Of a DNA stretch of 64,000 bases, positions 42,917-52,803 are shown one piece after another. Source of the stretch: an archaeon (lineage in GTDB: Archaea > Nanobdellota > Nanobdellia > Pacearchaeales > DTIR01); assembly GCA_043799715.1 (NCBI GenBank), contig JAZDNM010000007.1:21265-85264 (forward strand), given 5' to 3'. Positions within the stretch are counted from its first letter, which is position 1; each line of letters begins with the position of its first letter. Below the pieces are notes generated by a model. The model did not search any database, was not told the origin of the DNA, and worked only from the letters and a program-made list of their open reading frames with translations. The translations under genes and the position numbers were made by a program.

Positions 42917-43392
42917 GATTTTTCCTCCAGACATTTGCTGTCAACAGCAAGCATTGCTGTAACATCCTTATTTTTTGTTACAGGAAGAATTATCATTACT
43001 GTATTCCCAATATATGCTGTATTGCCTGACTTGATTCCCGCTGCCTCAAAAAAATAACAGCTTCCAAAAGGCTTGAATATTTCTTCTGTTTTATTCTTCA
43101 CAATAGCATTTGACTCTATTGAATCAATCCTTATGATATCCGCAATTTCCGTTTCTATACCCTGAAATTCCACTTTTGTATCCAAAAATGCCTTTAATGA
43201 AATCATTGCCTGCTGTTTCCCGCTGTAAGCAAGATAAACATCTGAATTTTTCCTGAACTGGAATCCCGCGGCTATTGTGCTGAGATAAAAGAAAATCGCA
43301 ATTGTAAAGAAGATTAATAGAGTCGCGACTGTCAGTGCGACAGTTTCTCCAAGCTGCGCTTTTTTTGAAATTCTTATTTTTTGTCTTGTCAT
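42913..43392 (-). CDS. Pilin-like protein (class III signal)
   Basis: ...ISKKAQLGETVALTVATLLIFFTIAIFF. An ATGA overlap with the upstream gene lies at 43389-43392. Confidence 0.6.
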   Translation of the reverse strand: MTRQKIRISKKAQLGETVALTVATLLIFFTIAIFFYLSTIAAGFQFRKNSDVYLAYSGKQQAMISLKAFLDTKVEFQGIETEIADIIRIDSIESNAIVKNKTEEIFKPFGSCYFFEAAGIKSGNTAYIGNTVMIILPVTKNKDVTAMLAVDSKCLEEKS

Positions 43393-43853
43393 TCTGCCCC
43401 TTTTATCGTTGCGACAAACAAGTCGGCATAAATTCCATTACGGCTGACTGAATAGTATCTCTGGAGGAGGCATGCGGGCTTGGCTTTCATAGTAATCCCT
43501 TTAATCCTGCAGAGAATTTCTAAATCGCTGTTTCCAATTGAGAAGTTTTCGTATCCTGAAGTGATGCGGACATAACTCTCCTCCAAATCAATGTTCAAGC
43601 CGCATTTTTCTGCACTTAATGAAGAGATATCCTGAAGACTGCTGTCTTTTATCATGCAGCCGGCAACTCTTCCTGCAATAATTGCGGTTTCCATTTCCCT
43701 TGTGTCCACATTTCTTGAATAGAAAACATATGAAATCATTATCACTCCTACAACAATAACTATAATCAGGAAAAATCTGAATATCCATAAAATGCTGTCC
43801 CAGCCAAGCCTGTCAAGCGCCTTTTTCTCAATCAAAAATCTGCTGTTTGTCAT
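43389..43853 (-). CDS. Pilus-associated membrane-anchored protein
   Basis: 154 aa: ...EKKALDRLGWDSILWIFRFFLIIVIVVGVIM. It lies in the same operon. Confidence 0.5.
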   Translation of the reverse strand: MTNSRFLIEKKALDRLGWDSILWIFRFFLIIVIVVGVIMISYVFYSRNVDTREMETAIIAGRVAGCMIKDSSLQDISSLSAEKCGLNIDLEESYVRITSGYENFSIGNSDLEILCRIKGITMKAKPACLLQRYYSVSRNGIYADLFVATIKGAE

Positions 43854-43854
43854 T

Positions 43855-44226
43855 TTACTCCCAAACCTTTATTTTTATCTCATTGCCCTGCACTGATGTT
43901 TCAATCTGCCTTGCTGTTGAGAATGAATATTCATAAGGATGTGCTGCAATTTCTTTTGAGTTTACCTCAACCTTATTCCCCTTGAATGAAACAGTTAAAT
44001 TTTCAGTGTATACTGTGAATTCTGTGCCGGGCTCTGCAGAATCAACAAGCAGGGCAATTTCTTTTGCCAGAATCTGCTGCTTTGCAAGCGTGCCTGTTGA
44101 CGCATTTCTTATGAAAGCAAGCAGTACAAGAAAAATTATCAGGACAAAAACAATATAGATGATAAAAGACTGCAATTCCTCCATATCCCCTTTTTTTCCC
44201 TTCATAGCTTCCTGAATGATGTGCAA
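43855..44226 (-). CDS. Pilin-like protein (class III signal)
   Basis: MKGKKGDMEELQSFIIYIVFVLIIFLVLLAF, counting from an internal Met at 44205. Confidence 0.55.
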   Translation of the reverse strand: MHIIQEAMKGKKGDMEELQSFIIYIVFVLIIFLVLLAFIRNASTGTLAKQQILAKEIALLVDSAEPGTEFTVYTENLTVSFKGNKVEVNSKEIAAHPYEYSFSTARQIETSVQGNEIKIKVWE

Positions 44227-44236
44227 TTAATAAATC

Positions 44237-45094
44237 TTATGGGATACTTTCTATGTTCGTGCAGCCAACCTCTCTTATGTCTTGGGGATTATATTCCACA
44301 AGATACAGCGAAGCGAGATAATCAGAGCCCTTTCCTCCTGAAAACATGTCTGCAATTATCTTTTTCCATTTATCTTGAAGTGCTCCCCCAATCGCTCCGC
44401 CGATTATAAGCCCTACTCCTGCACCGATTGTAGTTCCTGGACCGGGAATAATGCTGCCTATTACAGCCCCTACTTTTGCGCCTATCCATCCCCCCTCTCC
44501 GACAGCAAGCCAGTTGGATAATAATTCATTCTTGAAAAATGAGAAGACAACCACATATTCCTCATTAGTATCTATCACTTCCCCTGTGCCTACAACCTCT
44601 GGACTATCTAAATTGGAAAAATACTGCAAGTAAGTTATATTGCTTGTCGGCAGTTTCTCAACAGCAAGATATTCCTTGAAATCATTAATCTTGAGATTTT
44701 TTGCATCCTTGTCAAATTTTATTGTTGAGCATATAAGGCAGTAATTCTTCTTGAAAAGCCCTGCTGAAAAGAAATTCAATTTGCCTTCTCCCAGCATCCA
44801 CCAGCAGTCGTGCATTGCATTTGCAATCCTGCTTTTTATGGCATTCTCATCATCCTGAGTAAGGAGTATTTTTTCTGTCCTGCATTTTAATGGCAGTCCT
44901 GCCCTCAAAGGAGCTCCCACAATTGTAGGCAGGCTTCTCATCAAAACAGACTGATGGCATGCCTCCCTGTCAATAAAGTCGGTTGTTCTTGAATTGTAAA
45001 TGTATAGAAACCAGAATATAACTGATGCAACAATGATTGTGATGATTATGCCTACAAGCACCTCTGCTTCTATGCCTTTTTTGTTGAATTTCAT
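44237..45094 (-). CDS. Pilin-like protein (class III signal), Gly-rich C-terminus
   Basis: MKFNKKGIEAEVLVGIIITIIVASV. The start at 45094 has GGAG upstream, and the ORF-track start at 45148 adds an implausible Cys-rich leader. Confidence 0.55.
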   Translation of the reverse strand: MKFNKKGIEAEVLVGIIITIIVASVIFWFLYIYNSRTTDFIDREACHQSVLMRSLPTIVGAPLRAGLPLKCRTEKILLTQDDENAIKSRIANAMHDCWWMLGEGKLNFFSAGLFKKNYCLICSTIKFDKDAKNLKINDFKEYLAVEKLPTSNITYLQYFSNLDSPEVVGTGEVIDTNEEYVVVFSFFKNELLSNWLAVGEGGWIGAKVGAVIGSIIPGPGTTIGAGVGLIIGGAIGGALQDKWKKIIADMFSGGKGSDYLASLYLVEYNPQDIREVGCTNIESIP

Positions 45095-45201
45095 TTTACA
45101 AAAATCTCCTGAGCAGATACCACAATGAGGAAAAGAGCACTGCAGCAAAAACTATCCAGAGGATTACCCTTATCAATGTTTCCTGTTGGAGTGATGCTTT
45201 T

Positions 45202-45714
45202 TTATTTTTCTTTATTCGCAATCCAAACATGATATTTATCCTCCTCATTAGTAATGCCCAGTTTAAGCAAATTTATCTTTTCTGCGAGATTGCCAGTCCA
45301 GGTTTTCAGGGGTTTTGGAAATTCCCTGCATGCGGAGTTTTTTGTGCAGTCAGCAGAATCCCTGCATAGGCATAGGCATACTTTGTCCGTGCATTCTGCC
45401 TTTCTTTTTACTTCAGTGTCCCTTAATCCGACAACAGGATTGCTGTATTTGTCAAAAGATAGAATCCACCATCCTGCAGGAGCATACACAAGCACAGGAC
45501 TTGGCGTTGACTCGCCAATACCCAGCATATCCACAGTGTTATATAATTCCTCAAGAGTTCCCTGAGCCTGAAGCACTTCCTTCTGTGTCGAGAAAAAAAT
45601 TGAGGAAAGGGAAGAGCCAAGATAAAGAAGGGGGATAATGCAAAGAATGCCCACTATCAAGCCGATAACAAATTTCAGCAGTCCTCTTTTGCCGCCTAAT
45701 AATCTTCTGGGCAT
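45202..45714 (-). CDS. Pilin-like or pilus-associated protein
   Basis: MPRRLLGGKRGLLKFVIGLIVGILCIIPL. It has its own TTTAAATAA box at -29. Confidence 0.55.
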   Translation of the reverse strand: MPRRLLGGKRGLLKFVIGLIVGILCIIPLLYLGSSLSSIFFSTQKEVLQAQGTLEELYNTVDMLGIGESTPSPVLVYAPAGWWILSFDKYSNPVVGLRDTEVKRKAECTDKVCLCLCRDSADCTKNSACREFPKPLKTWTGNLAEKINLLKLGITNEEDKYHVWIANKEK

Positions 45715-45763
45715 AGCAAGAAAAACAAAAAGAATTATTTAAACTTTTGCGATTTCCCGCTTG

Positions 45764-46165
45764 CTAGCCAATCATCGCTGTGCATGCCTGTGTTTTGAGA
45801 ATATCTGTGCAGTCTATCCCGCATATGATATTATATCCCTCTTCCTTAAGCCCATTGCATGTTTTTTTCTCAGGATTCTTTGGATCAGATATCACAACGC
45901 TTTTTTTCTCACAGCAGTACACTGTGTTAAGCTGGGCAAGGCAGTTGGCATTGCATGTGCTTATCACTGCATCTATGCTGTCTATTGCAGGGGTAAAAAC
46001 ATTGATTTTTTCCCAAAGATTTGTCCAGCCCATTGTGAATCCCAATGTAACAACAAGCAGCACAAGAACAGCAAGTATGACAACAACAATAGTCCCAATG
46101 GTTGTCTCAGCCCCTCTTTTATTTTTCAGCATTTTTCCTCTTTTTGTTTTAAACTCCTGCTCCAT
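45764..46165 (-). CDS. Pilin-like protein (class III signal)
   Basis: ...MLKNKRGAETTIGTIVVVILAVLVLLVV. An alternative start is at 46132. Confidence 0.6.
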   Translation of the reverse strand: MEQEFKTKRGKMLKNKRGAETTIGTIVVVILAVLVLLVVTLGFTMGWTNLWEKINVFTPAIDSIDAVISTCNANCLAQLNTVYCCEKKSVVISDPKNPEKKTCNGLKEEGYNIICGIDCTDILKTQACTAMIG

Positions 46166-46217
46166 CGCCCATTTTATGCTCCTTGTCCACCCATTTTTTA
46201 ACCGCCGCTTGTCGGCT

Positions 46218-46418
46218 TCATTCCCTTATCAATGCCCTTGTATTTTTAAACCTTTTTGTCCCAAACATCAAAATTGCTGTTCCCAGAACCTCGCTGCCTA
46301 TTCCTGAGAAATACTGCTTGAGATAATTGTTCCAGAAAAGGAAAAGCGCTGATGCAACAACAACAATCACAAGCAGGATGAGTACCACTTTTATTATTGT
46401 ATCAATTGTTATTTCCAT
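46218..46418 (-). CDS. Small hydrophobic pilus-locus protein
   Basis: 66 aa: MEITIDTIIKVVLILLVIVVVASALF. Confidence 0.45.
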   Translation of the reverse strand: MEITIDTIIKVVLILLVIVVVASALFLFWNNYLKQYFSGIGSEVLGTAILMFGTKRFKNTRALIRE

Positions 46419-46419
46419 A

Positions 46420-46572
46420 TTATCTGCCGAACCTGAACAGGTTGCTCACTTTTTCTATCAAATCTGCGCCCTTTGATTTCAGGAGCATAATTCCCAACCC
46501 AACAATTGCAAGAACAAGCAAAGCAATAATCCATTTTGCAAGAGTTTCAAAAGCAATGCCTTTTTTGTTCAT
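46420..46572 (-). CDS. Small pilin-like protein (50 aa, unannotated in ORF track)
   Basis: My translation is MNKKGIAFETLAKWIIALLVLAIVGLGIMLLKSKGADLIEKVSNLFRFGR. A TTTATTAAC box sits at -29. This is the first gene of the operon. Confidence 0.55.
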   Translation of the reverse strand: MNKKGIAFETLAKWIIALLVLAIVGLGIMLLKSKGADLIEKVSNLFRFGR

Positions 46573-46647
46573 TGTTTCAGAAGGCATAAATTGTTAATAA
46601 ACTTAACTCTCACAAAAATTTTTAAGTTGCAATCTCCTTGAAATCAA

Positions 46648-48324
46648 ATGGGAAAATTGAGGAAACTTGCTGTTCTGGGCATAGCAGCGGGCATGCTTCT
46701 CGCTCCAATCAGGCATTCAAATGCAGAAATCCTGCAGAAAACTTATACGCAAGACAGCAGGCAGACCAAAATTCAGATTGACACAGAGAAAAAGGAATTC
46801 AGAACCGAGCCGGATATGGATGAAGGGAAAGCAAGGGAGATTCTGTCTCTTGCGCTTCTTGAACAGATTGTCTACGAAACAGAACCCAAAAACAAAGATC
46901 TAAGCAAAAAAACAGAGGAATTCTTCTGGAAAAATCCAAGCGAGATGCTGATGAGATTTTCAGAGCCAATAGGAACTACTTCAAAGAATATAGCAGAATT
47001 CAAGCCATTTGACATTCCAAAACTGGACATCAATGTGATTAAAACTGGGAATGAACTTGGCTTGAATTTCAAGCTGCAGTCTCCGGATTACTCTTTCAGA
47101 TGGGGCAAGAGCAGCAGCATAGGCATTTTTTATCCCAAAGGCACAAGAATAACAAGAAAAGTGGATGAAGCATACGTGCTTGCAGACAGCAAGGACAATC
47201 TTGGCTTCAGAAAAACAGAGACAGATAAATGGAATGATGAAAGAGAGGCTTATGGAAAGCTTGCAGAAGCAGCAGTAAAATATGGCTTAAACAAGGCAGA
47301 GAAAAATCCGCTTGGAGTGATGCTGTCCTTGGGAATAAAAATTGAGAATCTTCTGGAAGAGGATGAAAAATCAAGAAGGGAAGAAATTGCATCTGCACTG
47401 AAGGAAAAATATAACTGGATATCCTACAGCCCTGCTGATTTCTTTGCAACTCCTGAGCAGGGCAGGCTGATAAGAATAAATTTTGATGGCAGGCCTGAAA
47501 GCTTTGCATTCTTCATAAATTCAGATGTTGAATTGAACATATCAGAATACGGCACGCAGACAAAGAAATCAGGAAATTTAGCCAGCATTACGGGAATTGA
47601 AATGAAAAAGGAGAATGTCTTGAAAAAAACTTCTGCAGGCAGAATTATCGGGCAGTCACTGCTTGTTTCACAGCGCCTTGATGGATACATTGAAGAATAC
47701 AAAAAAAATAGAAGATTAGGGAAGCTAAATTCAAAAGAAAAACATGATCTTTATGAAAATATCAGCTTATGGAAAGCGCAGCTTGAACCTTTTCTTGATA
47801 TGCTCAACAAAATTACGAACAAGCAGCTGGGCAGCAGCCTTGAGGAAGTGGCAGAGTATAATACCTTTAGAAAAAAATCAGAAACCTTGACTGAAAAAAT
47901 ATTCTCGCTTAATCAGGCCTCAAACAGCTATACTTTCCTCTCAAAATACAGCAAAGGAGACAAGGAAAAAATTCTTGAACTGTTTGACAGGGAGCTCAAA
48001 GCGCTGAATGAGAATAATTTTGAGTTATATTCAAGCTGTTTTACAAAGAATGTGCTAAAATCAAAACAACTAAGCTCTATGAAAGAGTTTGACAGCAGAA
48101 AGAAGACGGGAGCTGAAGAAAACTGGGAAATTGAAAATGTTTCTATCAATGGATGGCTGGCTATCGTAAACATGAAATACTTCTACAGAGATGAATCCCA
48201 ATCGCTTGAGATGAGATATAGCGTAGATCTCGCAAAGGAAAACAGCGAATGGAAGGATATGGGGAGAAATAAGATAATCGAGAGCCTGCGCCCAATATCA
48301 CGCCAGCCCTCCGGTAGCAACTGA
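46648..48324 (+). CDS. Hypothetical secreted protein
   Basis: 558 aa with a Sec-type signal (MGKLRKLAVLGIAAGMLLAPIRHSNA). No catalytic motif is recognised. Confidence 0.6.
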   Translation: MGKLRKLAVLGIAAGMLLAPIRHSNAEILQKTYTQDSRQTKIQIDTEKKEFRTEPDMDEGKAREILSLALLEQIVYETEPKNKDLSKKTEEFFWKNPSEMLMRFSEPIGTTSKNIAEFKPFDIPKLDINVIKTGNELGLNFKLQSPDYSFRWGKSSSIGIFYPKGTRITRKVDEAYVLADSKDNLGFRKTETDKWNDEREAYGKLAEAAVKYGLNKAEKNPLGVMLSLGIKIENLLEEDEKSRREEIASALKEKYNWISYSPADFFATPEQGRLIRINFDGRPESFAFFINSDVELNISEYGTQTKKSGNLASITGIEMKKENVLKKTSAGRIIGQSLLVSQRLDGYIEEYKKNRRLGKLNSKEKHDLYENISLWKAQLEPFLDMLNKITNKQLGSSLEEVAEYNTFRKKSETLTEKIFSLNQASNSYTFLSKYSKGDKEKILELFDRELKALNENNFELYSSCFTKNVLKSKQLSSMKEFDSRKKTGAEENWEIENVSINGWLAIVNMKYFYRDESQSLEMRYSVDLAKENSEWKDMGRNKIIESLRPISRQPSGSN

Positions 48325-50433
48325 AGCAAGCAGCGATAATGCAGTTATGGCTATGAATGCGACAAGTGCATAAAGCATCATGCCAAACTTGAGATTTCTT
48401 GATATCTGAGCTTTCTCGCTTAACTCATCAATGCCTGACTCTACCTTCACAAGCGTTCCTGTGAGGATGAATATTATCTCAATTATGTAAAATCCAACAA
48501 CGATCTGCAGAAAATATGGAGGGATCATTGTGGTTATGTCAAACATGCTTGTCAGCTGGGACGCTGTCTCAATGCCTGCGAGGCCCTCTGTGCCCTGCAC
48601 TGACATCATAAGCTCAAGCTTGTTGAGAATTGTTGTTATCATCACTGCAAGCCCTGTGACAATGCCTGCGAGCACAGGCGCGAGGAATGTCATATTGCTG
48701 CGCATATCAGAGACAATCTCTGCAAGAAGGTCCTGCAGCCTTTCATTTATCTTGTTTATATTCTTGATATACTGCGATATGCTCATCAGCGCCCTTGCTG
48801 CTACCTGCAATCCCTTCTTGACTGCCTCAACCATAATCTGCATTGAAGTTTTTACAAGTTCAGAGGGGTAATACACAATCGCTCCTCTTTTAGGATTGAA
48901 TATTGCATTCTCAAGCGACATGCCAACCTGATTTATGTTCAGATTAACAGTCCTGAAAAAATTCTCTGTTTTTGTTCCGCGGACAGATTCTGACACTCTC
49001 CCGAATGCAATTTCTGCAGGAACCCCGTCGCCAAGGCGGTTGCCAAGCTGAAAAAGCGATGATGCAAATTCCTGCTCAAGCTCTTTTGTCTCAGTTCTTG
49101 TTTTTATCAGCTGTGATGTTTTCAGGTTGTAGACTGTTGAAAAGAACAGGGCTACGCCCAAAGGAATAAGAAGACTGAGAATTGCAGAACCAAGTCCAAA
49201 CGGACCTGTAACAATCCCCGCTGTTTCCTTGAAATCAAAAAACTTTGCGTTGCCCAAAAGAGGCATTGCAAAATCTTTTTCCATGCCAAGAAGCCCAGGC
49301 AGTCCTGTATACTGGAATAAAAGAGGCAGAAGCCCTGCAAGGATCATTGGAACAGAAATAAGGCATGCCATCAGATAAGGCTGCTTTGACTTATAGAGAT
49401 AATAATCAGGATTTTGTTCAAGAAGTTCTGTTTCACCGTAGCCGCCAGGACGTTTGCTTAGAACGCTGCTTGTCATGTAAAAAACAAAAAATGGCACAAT
49501 GAGATTAAAGAGAATCATCACATGATACCACTTTATTGCGCCCTGAAGAAGTGTTGATGCAAGAGGCAGGAGCGCAAGGGCAAGGGTAGGCAGGACAATC
49601 CCGAGCATATAAAGATTAGTCAGGGGTGTTGTGACATCATGAGTAAATCTCAGCATTCTTTCGTAAACCCCATTGAGTATGACATCAAGTGCTTTTTCAA
49701 GAGTTGCTGTTCTGCTTGTCTCGCTTGGCTCATATAATGAACTTTCAATGAGATGGAATGCCTCAATGAACTCGGTGGAATATCCTCTCCACGACTCAAG
49801 ATATGCATCAAGGCTTTCCTTCAGTGTTGAATATCTTCCAATCTCAACATCCCAGAATATTTTTTTGAAATCAAGGGCAAGAGGCGGCTGCAAATGCTCT
49901 GATGCAAACTTGACAGCTCTTTCAAGATTGCTTGTGTGCCTCATGTAAACCACAACATAAAGGATTGCAGGAACCATCTGCGAGCTTGCCTTTAATCTCC
50001 ACGCCTCTGCAATCCTGTCAGGAGCTGTAACTGAAAAATAAAACAGGAACATGGAAGTGAAGAACATAAGGAAAAAGGCAAGAAATGAAAAACTGTTTGT
50101 CGCGAGAAATATCCCTACAAGCATTACAACAGAAATAAATAATCCTGTCAGGAGCACAAGCGTTGAGAATGCCATCACATCGCTTGGAGTGATATCAAGA
50201 TGCGCTGTCTCAAGATTTTTTCTTATTCTCTCGTCATCAGCTTTCTTGACTTTTATTTTTATAATGCCCCCGACATTCTTGCACAGTCTCTCAAATCTTG
50301 AAAGATTGGGCATTGACTCCTCTTTGAACTGCTTGTATTCCTTGCTATATTCAACATTCACCTCACTCATTATCTCTGATTCTATCTTGCTTCCATACTT
50401 CTTCAGAATATCGTCAACTTTTTTCTCAGCCAT
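48298..50433 (-). CDS. Polytopic membrane platform protein of a type IV pilus/archaellum-like system (FlaJ/TadC-like)
   Basis: About 711 aa from MAEKKVDD, with many TM helices. It lies immediately downstream (13 nt) of the secretion ATPase, the standard partner arrangement. Confidence 0.6.
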   Translation of the reverse strand: MAEKKVDDILKKYGSKIESEIMSEVNVEYSKEYKQFKEESMPNLSRFERLCKNVGGIIKIKVKKADDERIRKNLETAHLDITPSDVMAFSTLVLLTGLFISVVMLVGIFLATNSFSFLAFFLMFFTSMFLFYFSVTAPDRIAEAWRLKASSQMVPAILYVVVYMRHTSNLERAVKFASEHLQPPLALDFKKIFWDVEIGRYSTLKESLDAYLESWRGYSTEFIEAFHLIESSLYEPSETSRTATLEKALDVILNGVYERMLRFTHDVTTPLTNLYMLGIVLPTLALALLPLASTLLQGAIKWYHVMILFNLIVPFFVFYMTSSVLSKRPGGYGETELLEQNPDYYLYKSKQPYLMACLISVPMILAGLLPLLFQYTGLPGLLGMEKDFAMPLLGNAKFFDFKETAGIVTGPFGLGSAILSLLIPLGVALFFSTVYNLKTSQLIKTRTETKELEQEFASSLFQLGNRLGDGVPAEIAFGRVSESVRGTKTENFFRTVNLNINQVGMSLENAIFNPKRGAIVYYPSELVKTSMQIMVEAVKKGLQVAARALMSISQYIKNINKINERLQDLLAEIVSDMRSNMTFLAPVLAGIVTGLAVMITTILNKLELMMSVQGTEGLAGIETASQLTSMFDITTMIPPYFLQIVVGFYIIEIIFILTGTLVKVESGIDELSEKAQISRNLKFGMMLYALVAFIAITALSLLASVATGGLA

Positions 50434-50446
50434 CTTCCCTCTTTTT

Positions 50447-52738
50447 TTAGATTCTTTTTTTCCTGATTTCCCTGTTAAGCCATTCTTTCCATTCCCTGAA
50501 AACTTTCTTGCTTTCAGGCAGACCAATCTCTTCTCTTACTGTATCAGAAAGGTGATGGAATGCATTGTTGCTTGCGACATTAAACTCCGCTTCAAGAAGC
50601 TCAGGCATTTTCAATTTTTCAGCTGTATCTACAATCTCCTGCTTTATGTTCGCTCTGAGCATTATATTATCCCAGACAGCATCCCAATTGCCCGCCCATC
50701 CTTTCACATTCGCAGCGATTGATTTTATTATTTCGCTCTCGCCTGTAATCAAGTCAGGAGTTGCTTCAAGCTCATCGGTCTGGACATTGTATTTCATTAA
50801 GTCTACAAATCCGCGCTCTTCAATAGGGTCTCTTGTCCAGTGCTTTCTCACTTCTGTAATGGAAAACATCCTTCTCCATGAATGCATTCCGTCTGCTGAC
50901 TTTATTGGGTTCACAATAGTAATCAAATCAGTTGCCTTGAAGCTTGTTATAGGGACTTGCAAATCATTGACAACTCTGTCAAAAACACCGTAAGGCGAAG
51001 CGCCGTGCACTGTTCCAGCCACAACATTTGCCAATGCTCCAACTCTCATTGCCTCATACAATGCTTTTGCCTCTGTGCTTCTTATTTCCCCGAGAATAAG
51101 GCAGGAATCGCCAAGCCTTAATGAAGTCCTTATCCCTTCATCAGCAGGAACCTCTGTTGTTTCTTTCAGCAATGCCGCCCTTACTTTCATTCTTAGAATA
51201 TCATACCCTAATTTCCTTAATGAATCCACAGGCAGTTCAAGAGTATCTTCAAGCACTATCATTCTGTACTTCGACATTATCTCAAGCAGCAAAGCCCCAA
51301 GCAGCGAGGTTTTTCCCGCGCTTCTCGTGCCGGCGACAAGCATTGTCCTTGACCCGTCAATCATGAAGCTTAGCAATCCCGCAGAAAGTGAATTGAGCAT
51401 CTTGTTCTTGATAAACAATGGCAGTGTCCACGGGCTTTCTCTGTGCCTCCTGAATGCATATGCAAGCCCGTATGGGCTGAGCGGCTGCTGTATTATCGCA
51501 ACTCTCGCCCTTACATTCCCAAGAGACAAGTCCGTGTCAAGTATGGGATTTGCCTCATCAAGAGGCCTGCCTGAAAGCATCCTGAATTTTGCAGCCCATG
51601 AATTTGCATCCTCGACACTCGGCATTATATTCGTGTAGCATTCGTCAAATTCAGCATGCCTGACAAATATCGCTGTCTGCCCTGCAGGGGAATTCATGAC
51701 AACATCCTGCAGCTTGTCATCCTGAAGCAGCACTTCAATAAGCCCGAAGCCGATTGTGTGCCTTACAAGAATTGTTGCAAGCTTGTTGAGCTGCCTGTAT
51801 GAGATTTTTATTTTCTTGTTTTCAGACAGCTCCTGAAGCAAGTCCCTTGATATGGAGAAAAACACCTGCCTTGTTCTTTCAGGATCTGTGAATTCCTCTG
51901 CCTTGGGCCTGTGCTCAATAAGGACATTCCTTGCAAGATTTAGGAGCATGTAATAATCTTCTCTCAACTGGAATTCAGGGGGAACAATATGGTAAAGGAA
52001 TTTTGGCTGGTTTGGCAGGCGGAGTATTGTAACTATGCTCCTATCATAGCCTGAAACAACCTCATACTGGCTGACAATCTCGCTGTCTTCAGGAAATGAA
52101 GCTGAAAGCCGCGTGAATGTGAAGTTGGGAATTACATCCGGGCTGAATATTCTTGAATAAACATCCCTGCTGCCTATGTGATATGCGTCTATAAACGGCT
52201 TTGTTTGTTTTATCATCCTTGTGTCTTCAAGCATCCGCATTATTCTCTCAAGAAGCATAAGATAATTATCCTCGCATTTCTTGCATGACTCCGGAAGTTT
52301 CTCTGCATTTATCCTCTCTTCTCTCAAAAGCCTTTTTGCTTCCACATAGCACCCAATAGGATCCTGCTTCAGCAATGTGAGAATAAGATAATTCAGGGAG
52401 TTGTATCTCTGCGGCAGGCATTTCTTGCATTCAAAAGGAGCAAGTTTCTCTACACTTAAGATTCTCTCCTGCTTGATTAAATGAGTGTAAAGCTGCGCGA
52501 TTTCAACAAGCATTGATACCTGCGAAAAATCATAGCTGTAATTTCTCTGCTGGACAAAAACAATCCTTGAAACTCTAGGTGATTCAACAAGCGAATCTAT
52601 TGTCCGCGACATGCAGACAGAAGAGTCAGCAAGACTCGGGACTATTGTTGCGCCAAGGTAATTGACATACATTATGTCTTCGCCTGCTTCCCTTATTATT
52701 TCAAAATCGTACAAAGCTGTGTCTGGCTTGAAAATCAT
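50447..52738 (-). CDS. Type II/IV secretion-family ATPase (FlaI/PilB/VirB11-like)
   Basis: Walker A VAGTRSAGKTSLLGAL, IVLEDTLEL, and GEIRSTEAKALYEAMRVG...AGTVHG. It has a large N-terminal extension. Confidence 0.8.
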   Translation of the reverse strand: MIFKPDTALYDFEIIREAGEDIMYVNYLGATIVPSLADSSVCMSRTIDSLVESPRVSRIVFVQQRNYSYDFSQVSMLVEIAQLYTHLIKQERILSVEKLAPFECKKCLPQRYNSLNYLILTLLKQDPIGCYVEAKRLLREERINAEKLPESCKKCEDNYLMLLERIMRMLEDTRMIKQTKPFIDAYHIGSRDVYSRIFSPDVIPNFTFTRLSASFPEDSEIVSQYEVVSGYDRSIVTILRLPNQPKFLYHIVPPEFQLREDYYMLLNLARNVLIEHRPKAEEFTDPERTRQVFFSISRDLLQELSENKKIKISYRQLNKLATILVRHTIGFGLIEVLLQDDKLQDVVMNSPAGQTAIFVRHAEFDECYTNIMPSVEDANSWAAKFRMLSGRPLDEANPILDTDLSLGNVRARVAIIQQPLSPYGLAYAFRRHRESPWTLPLFIKNKMLNSLSAGLLSFMIDGSRTMLVAGTRSAGKTSLLGALLLEIMSKYRMIVLEDTLELPVDSLRKLGYDILRMKVRAALLKETTEVPADEGIRTSLRLGDSCLILGEIRSTEAKALYEAMRVGALANVVAGTVHGASPYGVFDRVVNDLQVPITSFKATDLITIVNPIKSADGMHSWRRMFSITEVRKHWTRDPIEERGFVDLMKYNVQTDELEATPDLITGESEIIKSIAANVKGWAGNWDAVWDNIMLRANIKQEIVDTAEKLKMPELLEAEFNVASNNAFHHLSDTVREEIGLPESKKVFREWKEWLNREIRKKRI

Positions 52739-52803
52739 ATAATGCTAAATCCCCTTTCTATTTTATACCGCAGAAGGACTTTTAATATTTTTGCAGTTGA
52801 GGA

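Noticed and set aside
45761-46307. 146-aa and 175-aa plus-strand ORFs
   Set aside because: They are antisense to the pilin-like genes. The minus-strand products have coherent class III signal architecture, and the plus-strand ones do not.
50434-50526. ORF-track start of the platform-protein gene overlapping the ATPase gene by 80 nt
   Set aside because: The upstream extension (MVCLKARKFSGNGKNG...) is read from the ATPase C-terminal region in another frame. The Met at 50433 leaves a 13-nt gap and gives a sensible N-terminus.
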